From NCBI GenBank assembly GCA_000388065.2, contig KB932202.1: a DNA stretch of 64,000 bases. One strand, given 5' to 3'. Under the pieces are notes generated by a model. It was given only the letters and a program-made list of their open reading frames with translations, was not told the DNA's origin and searched no databases. The stretch is from Fonticula alba ATCC 38817 (taxonomy: Eukaryota > Protista > Nucleariida). Both the position numbers and the translations under genes were made by a program. Positions 36,081 to 48,862 of the stretch are shown here, piece by piece; positions within the stretch are counted from its first letter, which is position 1; each line of letters starts with the position of its first letter.

Positions 36081-36739
36081 GAGCGGCTCGGGCCCCAGGG
36101 GTTCAGGAGATTCCGGAAGCCGGAGTTCTGCTTGACCAGGGGGGACTTCTTGCGGCTACGGCGGCCGCCAATGTGCCCGTCCCCGCCGCCATGGGACTCC
36201 TTGCCCGGGGAGGTGGGCCCAACGGAGGAGGGGAAATCCGAGTGCAGGCTGGAGGTCTGGGCATCACGGAGCATGCTCAAGCGAGACACGCACATGGCAT
36301 GGTGGTTGTGCAGATGCTTGTAGTAAACGACCACCGCGCGCAGGCAGTAGGGCTACATGGCATGCCGCGGCAGAGCCATGGGGGGGGGGGGATTGGCACA
36401 GGATGGGGGCGGTTAGGGGAGCGTGTAGGGGGGGGAGGGGCGGGGGGGGGGGGGAATGATCCCAAGCGCGACACAGGCACGCACCAGGCACCAGATGTTG
36501 GCGTAGAGGGAGGAGGTGATGAAAACCGGCCAGCAGGAGATGATCCGGTCCTTGTAGCCAATCGAGGCCACCAGAACCAGATGGTGCGCCAGGACAAAGA
36601 CAAATGTCAATGTGGTGAGGACTCGCCCGCGGGGAGTGATCGGCTCTCTCCGGAAGCGGATGAAGTAGAGCAGGAAGAAGAACAGCTGGATCGGCACGGC
36701 GATCATGGCCAAGATGTCGACGAAGACGATGTCTACCAT
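34363..36739 (-). CDS. Seven-transmembrane receptor fused to a C-terminal RGS domain (7TM-RGS), ~588 aa
   Basis: Exons 36739-36485, 36352-35969, 35906-35611, 35443-35099, 34849-34363. The 62-nt intron 35968-35907 is tentative. There are seven hydrophobic segments, with PYCLR after TM3 and DVYRIKQELLI before TM6. The last exon has the RGS signature HFEHFCIES..E..LF, FIMTNSPFEINIPGHVRQ and DIFLPAHRE. Confidence 0.85.
36050..36079. repeat. (CTG)10 coding repeat, polyQ in the loop after TM3 of the 7TM-RGS protein
   Basis: Direct observation. Confidence 0.9.
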
Positions 36740-37030
36740 GGTGGATATGAAGGGAGGCAGGCGCGCGGCTTGGGCGGCAGGAAGAAAGGCATCAACTGGG
36801 ACCTCGAGGGAAGAGGGTGCAGGGGGGGGGAGGGGGGGGGGGAGGGGGGCGTTGGCCAGGCCAAAGGCTTCCGCGGAGGAAGAATATCCCGGATAGGGCG
36901 CTGCTGGGGTGCGGGAGAGAGGGGAGGGGGGGGGAGAGGTGAGGATGGTGGATAATGCAGAGGGAATTGCCAGCTCCTTGGGGGCGAGGAGGGTGGGCCG
37001 GCGGGGCGGCTTTTCAGTGTCCAGCTCGGC

Positions 37031-37035
37031 TGTGC

Positions 37036-37122
<87 letters not shown>
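37031..37122. repeat. Compound (GT)n(GA)~34 microsatellite upstream of the 7TM-RGS gene
   Basis: Direct observation. This is the longest dinucleotide run in the window. Confidence 0.95.
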
Positions 37123-37124
<2 letters not shown>

Positions 37125-38386
37125 GTGCCGGCTGGCCTGCCACCGGGCACTGGCGCAGGTCCAGAAGTGCGGGGCCCGAGCGCGAGGCGAACATCCCGGT
37201 CCTCCTTTCTTTCCCCCGCCCCGCCCCTGAGTTGGGGTAGGGGAGCCGAGGACCGAAGGGGGGCCGAAAGGGCTGCGATCGGTCGAGTATGCGCGCATGC
37301 AGCGGGGGACGCCCTGCCCATGCCCGCTCGGCATGGGCCGTTGCTTGGCCGATGGCAGTGGCTCCCAAGCGAGGAATCAGGACAAGCCCCTGCACTTAGT
37401 CTTGTCCGCCGGTCCTCCCCCCCCCGAGGGAAGCCGAGATGCTGTACGCACACTAAATGGCCAAGACCGGGGAAGTGGCGGAGGCCGGCGAACTGAGGTG
37501 TTTGTTTTTTTGCCGGGCTCCATGAAGCATGGAATGTGAATAGCCTTGGACAGCAAGACATGGGGAGAGAGGGGCGCCAGGACGCGGGGCAGAGGGGCGG
37601 AGGGGGGGCAAGGGGGGGGCAGGAATCTGATCGGAAGAATGGTGTCGGCTGTTTCCCCTAAGCTTGAGCGCGTGGGCATGTGTGTGTGTGTGTGTGTCTG
37701 GGTGTGCGTGTGCGCGCGCGCGTTGGTGTGGGCTGCCGAACGCATTCGGTCTGACCCCTTTGCCCTGGATGCCCCGAGGCAGATTCGGCTTTCGCCAAGC
37801 GGGGCTGGGACAAGCTCCAAACACGCGCACCGAGGCGGCCCGGGGCGGGCCGGGCAAGCGGACAAGCATGGAGACATGACCGAACACCGGGAGAGAGAGA
37901 GAGAGAGACACCGAGCAGGAAAGATGCCGAGGGAGGGATGCACACAGAAGGGGGCGGGGAAAAGAGCCCGGCAGACAGGCGGGGGGGGGGCACGGCCGCC
38001 CGCACCGGCGCCCGCACCCGCGGATCCAGGGGGCCCAGCCGAAGACGCGCGATCCGGGGGGGCCTTCGGGCCGGCGGTGTTGGGAGGACCACTAGGGCGG
38101 AGCACCCCGCTTGTCGCGCCGGCACGAAGTCCGCGCCCCGGCGAGCCCGCCCGGGCAACGGGGCTGCAGGCGGCCGGAGGAGGGGGCGCCGGCAACCGGG
38201 CGAGTAGGACAGCGGGGCGCACATTCACTCGTCACGCTGGGGCGCAGCAAGCGTGCACCCTCGCATGGGCAGGGGGTTCGCCCCCCGCCGGTCCAGACAT
38301 CTGGGCGAAGCGACCCGGCCGGCGTCGGCGCAACCCGGCTAGCGGGCGGCCGGTGGGAAAACCGTCTGAGAAGCCCCCCCCCTGGA

Positions 38387-38747
38387 CCGGCCGGCCAGCC
38401 GACCGACCGACCGGCCGGCCGGCGAGATCGCCCGGTGCCCGTGCCGAGAGGCGGGAACATCTAGCTACCAAGGGGCCGGACGAACGGCACACGCGTGCGC
38501 GCGAGCATAGCCCCTTCGCGAGGGCGAGGGCGGCCTGGAAGGCGGGCCTGGGCGGGGCGCCGAGTGAAACCGGGCGTTTTATTTTCTCACAGTTTCCATT
38601 GTGCAAGTAGCACGGCCGGTGGCATATTGGGGCCGGCCGGCCGGCCGGGCTTGCCGGTCGGTCGGCGATGAGCTAATCTCACTTTGAAGGGGGATTTTTA
38701 ATAACACAAAAGCCTGGGCCGCGTCTTCCGGCCGGCCGGCCGGCCGG
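38387..38747. repeat. Cluster of (CCGG)n / (CCGA)n tetranucleotide arrays
   Basis: Arrays at 38387-38423, 38631-38666 and 38728-38747. The first two are partly reverse-complementary. Confidence 0.7.
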
Positions 38748-41700
38748 TTGGTGGTCATTCTCCGAGGCCTTTCTCCCACACACTGCTGAGAGGGTAAAAA
38801 GACCCCGCCGGCCCCGGCAGGTGTTCCTGTCAGCGGAGCCGAACCGCAGGGTGGCCCCGGCTGGGAGGAGCCTTGGCGAGACGGGGCGCATGGTGTGCCG
38901 GCGCCGATAGGCCAGGGCAGGATCCACAGGGCGGCCACCGGGCATGTTGCGGGACTAGTCGCCTGGATGGGCTGCCGGGCGCCCCAAATCCCCTCGAGGT
39001 GCGCCCCCGGTCGGCCGGTGCGCCAGGCCTGCCGGGGGAGCCGGCTTGGGCTTCCGTCGCCCGAGAGGGTCCCCCGGGACCGGCGGTCCCAACTCGCGCG
39101 GTGGGTGGACATGAAGGTCCCGAGGCCGGCCTGGATGTCCCCCGCCCGAGGCGCGCGCGGCGTCGGCCCCCGCCCGCGCACGCGCCTCTCACGAACAACC
39201 ACAAGGCCGACCCCGCCGCGGCGGGGGGGGGGGGAGCTGGCCTGCGTCCGGCCCTCCGTCCGGCCCATCCTGCGGACAGCGGTTCCCCCGCCCCCCTCCT
39301 CCGGCCCCGGGGTCCCTGGTCGACGCAAAGGCGCAATGGCCCTTTTGCCACGGCGGGTGTGCGACCGCCGGGACAGCCGGGCGTGCCTCGGAGCCGGGCA
39401 CCGGGGGGAGGGGGGCCGGCGGCGTGTGCGCGGGGCGCGGGAACGAGACACCCCGGCGCCGGGTCTGCGCCGAGTTCCTGCCGGGGGCGCATGACTCGCG
39501 GCGCGTCTTCCGGTCTTGGCCTGGGGAAAGGGCTCAGGTGAGCTCGCGCGGCATGCGGACCATGTCCTGGCAGCTCTCCGGCCCGGCCACGCGCTCACTG
39601 GCTGTTGTGTGTGCCAACAAATGGGCAGGAACGCGAGCCGGGATGTCTCCCTCTCTGCCTCTCTCTCTCTCTCCCTCGCCCTCACCCCCGCCCCCCCCCC
39701 CCGGGGGAAGGCCATTCACAAGTGCGGGCGCCGGGCGTGCGCGTCGCAGCAGCAGCAGCGCACCTCCGCCGTCTGGCCAGACAATATGCCCATCGCTGCG
39801 CGCAATGGGAGCCGGAGCCGCCGCGCGCGATGGGCGCCGCCCCGCGCCATCGGCCTGGCGCCCCCCCCCTTCCGAGAAAGGCCCTCGGGGGGGGGGGGGC
39901 CTGTCGCGGCCGGGGCTCGGGGGGGGGGGGCAGGCGCCCCTGGAGGCCTACCAGCCCAGGGAGGCAGAGTCCCCCCCGGTGAGCGGGGCCGCCCAAGGGG
40001 GCGGCGGTTTCACACGCGGCCGCCTGCTAGTGAGCATTGTCCGAGGCCCACGCGGCCGCTCGGCTATGGCCGGCCGTTGATTTTAGGTAGCATGCGGGTC
40101 GGTGAGCCTCGTCACCGAAGTAGACAAGCACGCTCGCCCGGTCGCAAGGCCGGGTTTCGGCCGGCCCCCCCGGCGGCGGCACACCCCGGGGCCCGAGTCC
40201 TTTCCACGAACTCCCATCCTCCGAGCCCGGGGGTCGCCGGTGTGCCCCCTGCCCAAGGGGCCTTTGACCTGGCCGGCGCTGCGTCAAGCCCTTCGGTTCG
40301 CGGTAGCCCGCCGCGCTGACCATCCTCCCGGTGACAGCCTCAAACCAGGTGGACGACGCCCGGGGCCGGGGGGGGGGGGGGGGGCTCGCACGCGGGAGAG
40401 GCGCGCCCGGCCCCGGCCCGTCTGTTCGGTGGTCTCCCCCGGCGGATGCACCCGTCTTCGGGGTCCGCCGGTCCGCCGGCCGGTTCAAGCGAATCAGCCG
40501 GGGCTGAACGACGGCCGGTGAATCATACGGGCGGAGTGCTGGGCGTGTGCGCGCGCGCGCGCGCGAGGCCCGCCCGGCGCCAGGCTGCTCGCCCTTCCGC
40601 TACACTAAAACCCCCGTCCCCCTCGCGGCCGGCCGCTCCGTCGCCGCCCTCTCCGGCGGCGGCCTCGTGCCCCGAGCGCGACGGGGGACGGCCGCGGTTC
40701 AGGTGGCCTCGAGGTCCTGCGCCAGGAGGGGGCACTCCGCCGGGAGCGGCCCGACCCATCGAGCCCCCCTCGGCCGCCGGAAAGATTCTCCCGGGAGGCT
40801 CCCGAAAAAAAAAAACCGCCACTCCTCGGCCGGGGTCCCCGCGCCTCGGGCCGCCGGGTCCCTCGCCCCTACCACCACCGGGGGCAAGGAGGGCGAGAGG
40901 TGGAGTCGCACTCGTCCAAGCCGCCCCCGCGCACCCCGGCGCGCCCGGGAGGACATAAGGCGAACAGCCGGCCAGAGAGACACCCCCCAGGCGGCCTGGT
41001 AGCCTGGGCTTTCTCACACGGAGGCGTCTCCTGTGCCATCCTGCCCGAAGGGCCGACCGGCTGTTGTCCTGACGGGGTGCATTCCCCGCGGTGCAGTGAG
41101 GGGGTCCGTCTCGCCTGTCTGGACCTTCCTGATGACTTCTCAATTAGCCGTCGACTTGCTTTCCTCACGCTGGCCCCCGCCCCCCCCCCCAAAGATGTTG
41201 CGGCGGGTGGGCAGAAACACACGCGCACCCCTCCCTGCCGCCGCTTCGACAGGCATGCGCCACCGCTTCTGCGCATAATGAGCCAACAGTTGCTCGGACA
41301 TTTGGTGCCGATCAGCCGGCCGAATTCCTGCCCCGGCCCGGGGTGTGAGGCGCCCTGCGGCCGAGCTTTCCCGACGCCGGCGGCCTCTGTTCCCTTTGTC
41401 CGCGCGCGCGCCCCCCNNNNNNNNNNCCCCCGGGCCCCGTTCCCCGGCTTTCCGCCGGCCGCCCCCTTGGCCCCTCGCCCCGGGCGCACCCGCATCAAGG
41501 GGCACACGGCTCCGCGCCCCCTCGCCGAAAGATCCCCGATGGTATGTGTGTTGGCCACTGGCATGCACGAGCCCCGCGAGGGAGGCCCGAGCCCCGGGAT
41601 GTCAACTGCCCATGTCTCCGGGAGAGAGCCCTCCCAGGGGGCGGCCTTTTGGGCGCTGCCAGGGGGGAATTGCCCGGGGAGCGATCGCCACACACGCGCG

Positions 41701-42891
41701 CGAGGGCCCACGACAACCCCCGTCCCATCCATATGGGCGCGCTTGCTGGGCTACCAGCGCTCTCCTGACCCCCCGTCTCTCTCTCTCTCTCTTTCACTTT
41801 CTCGCTGTCTCGCTGTCCCGCTCTGTCGCTTGAGTGCGCGCGCCCCGCCGTCCGCGGTCCGGGAATAACTGGTGCCTGCGTCCGGGCCCGGAGGCCCCTC
41901 GCCCAATGTGAGCCACTTTCGAACAGCGCCAATGGGTATGCCTTCTGGCGGAAGGGCGGCCGAGCACGGAGAGAAGAGGGCCCACGGCGGGGACAATGAT
42001 TGCGGCCGAACGCCGTGGGGCTGGGGAAAATGCCCGCGCGGCCGGCCGCGCGGCCTGCCGAGGGCACTACCGAAGGTCCCCTGGAGAATGCTCATTAATA
42101 CGCACCATCCCCCCCCCGGCGAGCAGGCGCGGCTGGTTTCGGCCAAGCGCCCCGATCCAGAATGACAGAGAGAGGATTCTACAAAAACCAATGCATCACA
42201 TCGCCAGATTAAGACAATTAACCCACCGAGAGAGCCCGCGCCCCGCTAAAACGGCGTTCTAGTCGCCACAATAGCTGTGGCGTAAATCGAGGGGCCCCGG
42301 GCCCACCGTAAATTTGGCGATGCGCCATTCCCCTGCCGCAGGAGAAGAGGGAATGGCCCTGCCCAGGGTTTGTCACGGGGGGGGGGGGGGCGGGGCCAGA
42401 TGTGGGCGTCGATCTGAAATGATCGGCCCACATTCGACATCCAACGCGGGGCTTGACCCTCCGTGGCCCTCGGCCTCCATCGACACCGGAGCCAGCGGAG
42501 CACATCCTTGGAGGACATCCCTGCCTCTGCGCCCTGCCTCCCCCCCCCCCGCCCACTCCCAATGTTCCCAGACAGCTGCCCTCCCTCTTCCACAAACGAT
42601 ACCACACGCACACACACACGCATCAAGGGGTATTGCCAGGCATGGTCTTGGGCATGTCCGGAAGCCCGCACCCCCACCACGACCAAGGTCGAGATACGAA
42701 CACACAATGAGAGGGGCGTGTATTGGGAAGATGGCCCACTCCTTTGGCCATGCCGGGCAATGTGCCTGGGAACGTACGGGGGAGGGTGCATTTTTGGATG
42801 CGACCCGGACAGAGCCCACAGACCGGCCCCACCCGGGGCGCGCCGCGATCGCCCCCCCCCCCCCCCCCCCACCCTTTGCCAGGCATCGCCA

Positions 42892-45800
42892 TCACACCAA
42901 CTTCACTTGGAAGGCCGGGGGCGAAATGCCCGTGCCGAAGGAGGACGCCTGCGGGAACATGCTGACCATGCCCAGATGCGAGGACCGGCCATCGGCCCCG
43001 GCGGGAGTGACACTGGCATCGCGGTCTCGGCCCCAGGCCATCAGCCGGCCACTGGCATACACGGCAAAGAGCCATGCCGCGTCGGCCGAGAAGGTCACCG
43101 CCGTCACCGGGTCCGTCAGGGTGGTGGCCGGGCTGGCCGAATCCAAGGCACCGGTGGTCGCGGTGACCAGCCCGGGTGGCGGCAAAACGCGCACCAACGA
43201 CAGATCCCACGAGGACCGGAGCTGAATGGCACCGGAGGACAAACCCACCGCCACCAGGTTGACATTTAGCCCCTCGGGAGCCGAGCTGATGGCCACGCAG
43301 AGGGGCGTCCCTTCGCGGGCCAGGTCCAGGCCGACCTCACCCACGAGGGCCCCATTGACGCTCCACAGGGCAACCATGCCGCCGGAGGCCGGGGGATCCG
43401 GCCCAAGCCCCGGAGCCCGGGTTCGCAGCGGCGACTGGAAGGCCGCCGGCGCCGCCGGTGTTGTGGCCGGCCCGGCCCCGGCCCCGGCCCGGGGCCCGGC
43501 CATTTGATTGACGAAGGATTCCGGGCAGAGGTCGAGCGCCGCGCGACGGTCAGCCCGGCTGGCCGCCACCGGCGGCCCGGACACCGTAATGATGTCGCCG
43601 GTGGTGGGGGAGGCCGTCACAGCCACCATCGGCCCGGGATGCGGGCCGAGGGTCTGTGCACATGTCATGCTATTCAAGTCCCACACAAAGCAAGTCCGGT
43701 CGATGGGTCCACCTCCACTGAGGACAAAGCTGAACTCCGAGCAGACACTTGAGGCACCGGCCGGCACCGGGGGGGGGGGGGGAAAGCAGCGGCACATGTT
43801 AGTTCACTGGCCAAACCCATGTCCCCCTCCCCCCGAGGGGGAAACACGCGACACACGGAGGGGAAATAGAGAGAGAGAGAGAAGCAGGCCAAATAGGATT
43901 GACGTACTGCACGCAGGTCACCGCGTCCACATGCCCCGATAGGGGGACCTTGCGGTGGAGGATTTGCAATGGTGGCGCAGGGCGCGTCCGGGCCGCCTCC
44001 ACCAGCGTGCTGACCACGGCATTCGTGGCACGCGGCGGGTGCCCAGTTACATCCCACACGGTGACCACGCCGCAAGTGCTGCCGGTGGCCAGAATGTGCC
44101 CCGGCCGGGAGGCCGCCGCGCAGGTGAAGTCATCATCATCCATCAGCGGCGGCCACAGGGCCGGGCAGGAGGGCACCCCGACGGCCGCGGCCTCCGCCGC
44201 TTGGATCACCGCCGTCTCGGCCTCGTCCACCAGCACCCGCACGCGCAGGCTGTCCGGCGACACCATCGGCCGAGAGGCCGCCGCCACGCCACTGACCCCG
44301 GCTCCGGGTGGCATGGCTTGGAAGAAGTCCTCCACCATGCTCCCCGGGCCGCCGGGCATCGGCACCAGTGGGAAGACCTTGGCCCTGGAACCGATACCAG
44401 CACCGGAGCCAGCACCGCCGCCCGCACCCCCGCCGATGGTCAGCGGCGATGAGGGATGCGACGACCCGGCAAAGAGCCCAAGCCCGGCCCCGGGGCCGGC
44501 TGTCATCAGTGAAGCCGCCGACGTCGAGGGTCCAAGGGACCCGGTGCCCGAGCTCCAGGACAGCCTCGGGACCTGCGACTGCGAGTGCGACGGCTGGTGG
44601 TGGGGGCCATACCCGATGGGCGAGCTCAGGGACAGGGTGCTGGGCGACTGACCAAGCGACCCCGGGACCGGGGGCGGCGGCGTGCCCACCGTCATGCCCA
44701 GCCCCCCGGTGGCGTAGTAGCTGCCCCGGTGCGAGGAGGCCACCGACGGCCGCCGGCTGCTGACCATGCTGGCGCTGCCGCCGGTGGTCGCTCGATCGCT
44801 GGCGGCCAGGGCCGCGGCCGCCAGAGTCACCGCCGCCGGCGGAAGATCCGACAGGGTGGCCATGAAGGCCAAGTCCACCTGGGTATTGGGCGAGTACTTG
44901 GACAGGGCATGTGCCACGCGGAGGTCGGCCGTGGTTTGCCGTGCCACCGCCGTGGCCGCATCCGTGGCCCGCTGCACGCGCGCATGGCCGCGAGATTGGT
45001 GCCAGGAAACCACACACGGCTCCCGGGCACCGGCCGCCCGGCCGCCGAGGCCCATGCCCATGCCCAGGGGCGAAGACCCGGCGGCCACCGGCAGCGCCGG
45101 CAGCATCGCCCGGCCAGGCCCCAAAACATACAGCGTCTGCGCCGCATCATGGTACCAAAGCTGGGCAAAGTGCAGCCCCCCGGCTCCGGGCGCCGCGAAG
45201 GGCAACTGCAGGGTCAGCCCACCGGCACGCGCGGCCGGCAGGCCGACCCCCCCGAGGGTCCCCCGGCCGTGGACCTGCTCCAGCAGCAGGCCGAAGAGGG
45301 CTTGCTCCTCGGAGCCCAGGTGCTCCAGACGCAAAGCCAGCAAGTCACGCTCCCATGCCGGGCGAATGCTGACCCAGGTATTGCCCACTGCCGAGCACAG
45401 GGGCGCCACATCGGGATGCGTGCGACCCGGATGCCGGCTGGTGAACAACTGGGCCGGGGTCTGGCCGTAGCTGGAAATTTGGGTGATCACCGCCGCCCGT
45501 TGCGTCGGGTCCGAAATGGCATCGATGTCCACGCTGCCCTCATAGGTCAATGGGTGGAAGGTGTTCAGCGCGGCCACCGCCTCCGGGCCGGTTTGCTTGT
45601 AGCCAAAGATCAAGTCAATCCAGTGGGCCAGGCTGGCCGACACCAGCGGCGACTCGAGGGCTGCCCGTTGCTGCCGGACAAAAAGACGCGCATCATGCCG
45701 CGCATACGGCGGCAGGAGGACATCGCTGACACGCTGCTCATCCTGCTTGATGCCCAGATCATAGCGGTTGGTGTTGATCAGGAACTCCGGCATGAAGAAG

Positions 45801-48799
45801 AACTCCGGGATCAGCTCCTTGACATCGGTGCTGGAATACCGGCTGGAAAGGTGCCACGTTTGCTCGACCGAGTGGAAGGTCCGGTCCGGGATGTCGAAGC
45901 GCCCATCCTGGAAGTTCAGGAACAGGTGGGTGAAGGGCTCCAAGCGAACCAAGAAGTGCAAAACAATCCCGGCATTGGAGTAGTGCGAGCCATAGTGGTA
46001 CGGCACCACCGGGCCCAGGCCCACGGTGAAGTCCCCGGGATTGGCCATGTGCTCTTCCTCCTGGGCCATGTCCTCCAGCTGCTGGTACTTGCGCACAAAG
46101 CGCTCCAGCCGGTCGGGACTTTGGGCACCCATGGGCCGGGTCAAGTCGCGGAAGGTTTCCCGCCGGGTCAAATCCAGCCGCGAGCTGGTGTAGTCCGCCA
46201 GGATGAACGGGAAGATCGGATACTGGGACAAATCATTGAAGGTCCGCCCGGCCAGCGTGTTCAAGTGCATCAGGTAGTCGAAGTTGCTCAGCTGGCCGGC
46301 GGCCCACTGCCGGCTCAGATGCTTCAAGCGGGGGGGCTCCCGCGGGCCGGGAGGAGCGGCCCCGGTGTGACCGCCCGGCCCGGCCGGGCCAGCCAGCCCC
46401 CCATGGCCGCCACCGTGACTGGCACTGGCAGCATGCCGGGCGGCATCGGCCCCGCGCTGGGAAACATGCTCCAGCAGCAGGCGATCCACCTCGTCCCGGC
46501 TTTCCCGCGACCGGAAGGTCACCAGGTAGGTCTTGCCATTTTGCATGAAAATCTCCAGCCCATTGTTCTTCAGCTGATACCGGCGCCGGTAGATGGCGCT
46601 CACCCCGGCCAAGGGCAGGGAAAAGTGCCCATCATAGCGCCGCGCATCGAAGCGCTTGTTCTCCGGGAAGTGGCTGGGCCCGCGTGGTGACTTGGCCCCG
46701 GGCCCCCGGCGTGCATGGGACGCCACCGCCTCGCCATCCCCATGACCATCATCCGAGCCATCCTCCGAGAATGCGGGCTCCGGCACGAACACCAGGAACT
46801 TCTGGCGAATCAGCAGCTCGCCGGTAATCTGACTGAAGGGGGTGATCCGCTCGCAGGGCAGCGGGCCGAAGATCACATTCTCCAGGGACATGCCCATGAT
46901 GGCATACGGCGAGGCGGCCGAAGCGTGCACAAAGTCCCGGTCCCCGGTGGCCGCATGCCCGGCCGGGGTGCCGGGACCGGTGGCCAGGTCCGTCGGAGTC
47001 TTGGCCAGGACCACCGTGTCGACATCCTCGCCGAGGACCGCCAGACTTGCCACCGGCAGGCCGGAGTCCACGTCCACCGGTTCCGGGGGGATGCGCAAGC
47101 GCGCGCGCACGCGCAACGCCTCGATCAGCTCCTCCAGCAGGATGGTCCGCGAAGAGGGGACCAGCACCGGGGCGCACAGGTGGCGGACGGTTGGCTGGCC
47201 ATCCGGGCCCGGGCCCACGGCCACCGGCAGGTCCTTGGTGATGGGAGGCAGGACTTCGGCCACCGGGTCACCGGCGGGGGCCGCAGCGCCGGCCAATCCC
47301 AAAGACGAGGGGGCCGGCATGATGACGGCCGCCGCATCGTCCTCCTGGCCGGAATCCTCCTCGGCGGTGATGGAAGCCACCGCGTGCGACACGGAATGTG
47401 CCTCGGCCAGGGAAATCCGCGTCACCAGGAAGGGGAAGTCCCGGTTGCTCGGGCGAATGCGTGCCCGCACCCGTGATGGCCCCTCGGTCCGATCAAGCAT
47501 CCACTGGTACATGCCGACCGGGGCCGGGAGGGTGCTCGGGACCCGGGGATCCGGGTCATAGTGCGGCAGGGCGGCGATCTGTTCCTGCGTGGGCACCGTG
47601 GCGAAGGGCGACCGAGGGCTGGCCATGCGCTCAGCCACACGACCCCAAGTGACCATGACAAGGTGGTCCACCTGGTTGGCCTGCTGGGCCCGGCGCATGG
47701 CCGGCATCAGGGAGCTTGTCGTGTGCTCCATGTGGTCGTTGATGAAGCGTGTCCGGCGGAGGGACAGCTCCGGCCGCTTGAGGCTCGACGCATGGAGCAC
47801 CTGATCCCGAAGCATGAGGCTATCGGCGCGGGCAGGGGACATGGTGGCGGCCGCCGGTGTGTCAGATCAGGAAGGGGACGAGAGAAAGGGAGCCCCCAAT
47901 GGGCCTGGGCAGCGGGAAGAAAGAAAAAAAAAAAAAGAAGCAGAAAAGATGCCAGTGCAACAAATCGCGCCGCCCCCTCCTCCCCGTATGCCCACGCCCC
48001 TCCCCATCCCCCTCTCGGGGCCTTTGGGGGTGGTTCGGTGTCCTGGACACACGGCGCGCACCTGTCCTCGGCACACTTGGCCACCTTGGCACGCATGGCC
48101 TCGTCTTCCTTCTGGAAGTCGGCCCGGATCTTGAGCGTGAAGAAGTCCCGCACCGAGAGGGCGGCATCGGGCTGATTCAGCGGGGTGAAATTCCGCACAA
48201 AGAGGGCGGCCATGTCCTGCGACGACTGTGTTGGCAGGTTCATCAGTGGAATGGAGATGTCGGCCTTGGTCGAGGACTGGAGAACATGCCGGAAGAGGGC
48301 CATGGCGCTGCTGGCGATGTAGGCCTCCTCCGAGTCGAACATCAGGCTCAGCAGGAAGAGCATCATCTGCCGGAACTGGACATTTGAAATGAGCGGCCCG
48401 ATGACGGTCTTGTTGTTGAGCAGCAGCCGCAGGGCCGTCTTGTGGACCTGCCGACTGCGGTTTGGCATCAGCAGGTAGATGAGCAGGTGCGTCTGCGGGA
48501 GGGGCACATTGCACACGGTCGGAGTGATGGGACTGTCAGAGGAAGAGGAAAAACGCACGCAGCGCGCGCACACACACATACACACACACACACACACACG
48601 CAGCACACACGCAGCACACACGCAGCACACACGCAGCACACACAGCGCACACACAGCGCACACACAGCGCACACACAGCGCACACACAGCGCACACACAG
48701 CGCACACACAGCGCACACACANNNNNNNNNNCAGCGCACACACAGCGCACACACAGCGCACACACAGCGCACACACAGCGCACACACAGCGCACACACA

Positions 48800-48862
<63 letters not shown>

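Noticed and set aside
4246-36739. Idea that the PAS-GATA, DUF1264-LEA and 7TM-RGS genes form a co-regulated dormancy/signalling cluster
   Set aside because: They are interspersed with housekeeping genes and share no visible upstream motif. Adjacency alone is not evidence in a eukaryote.
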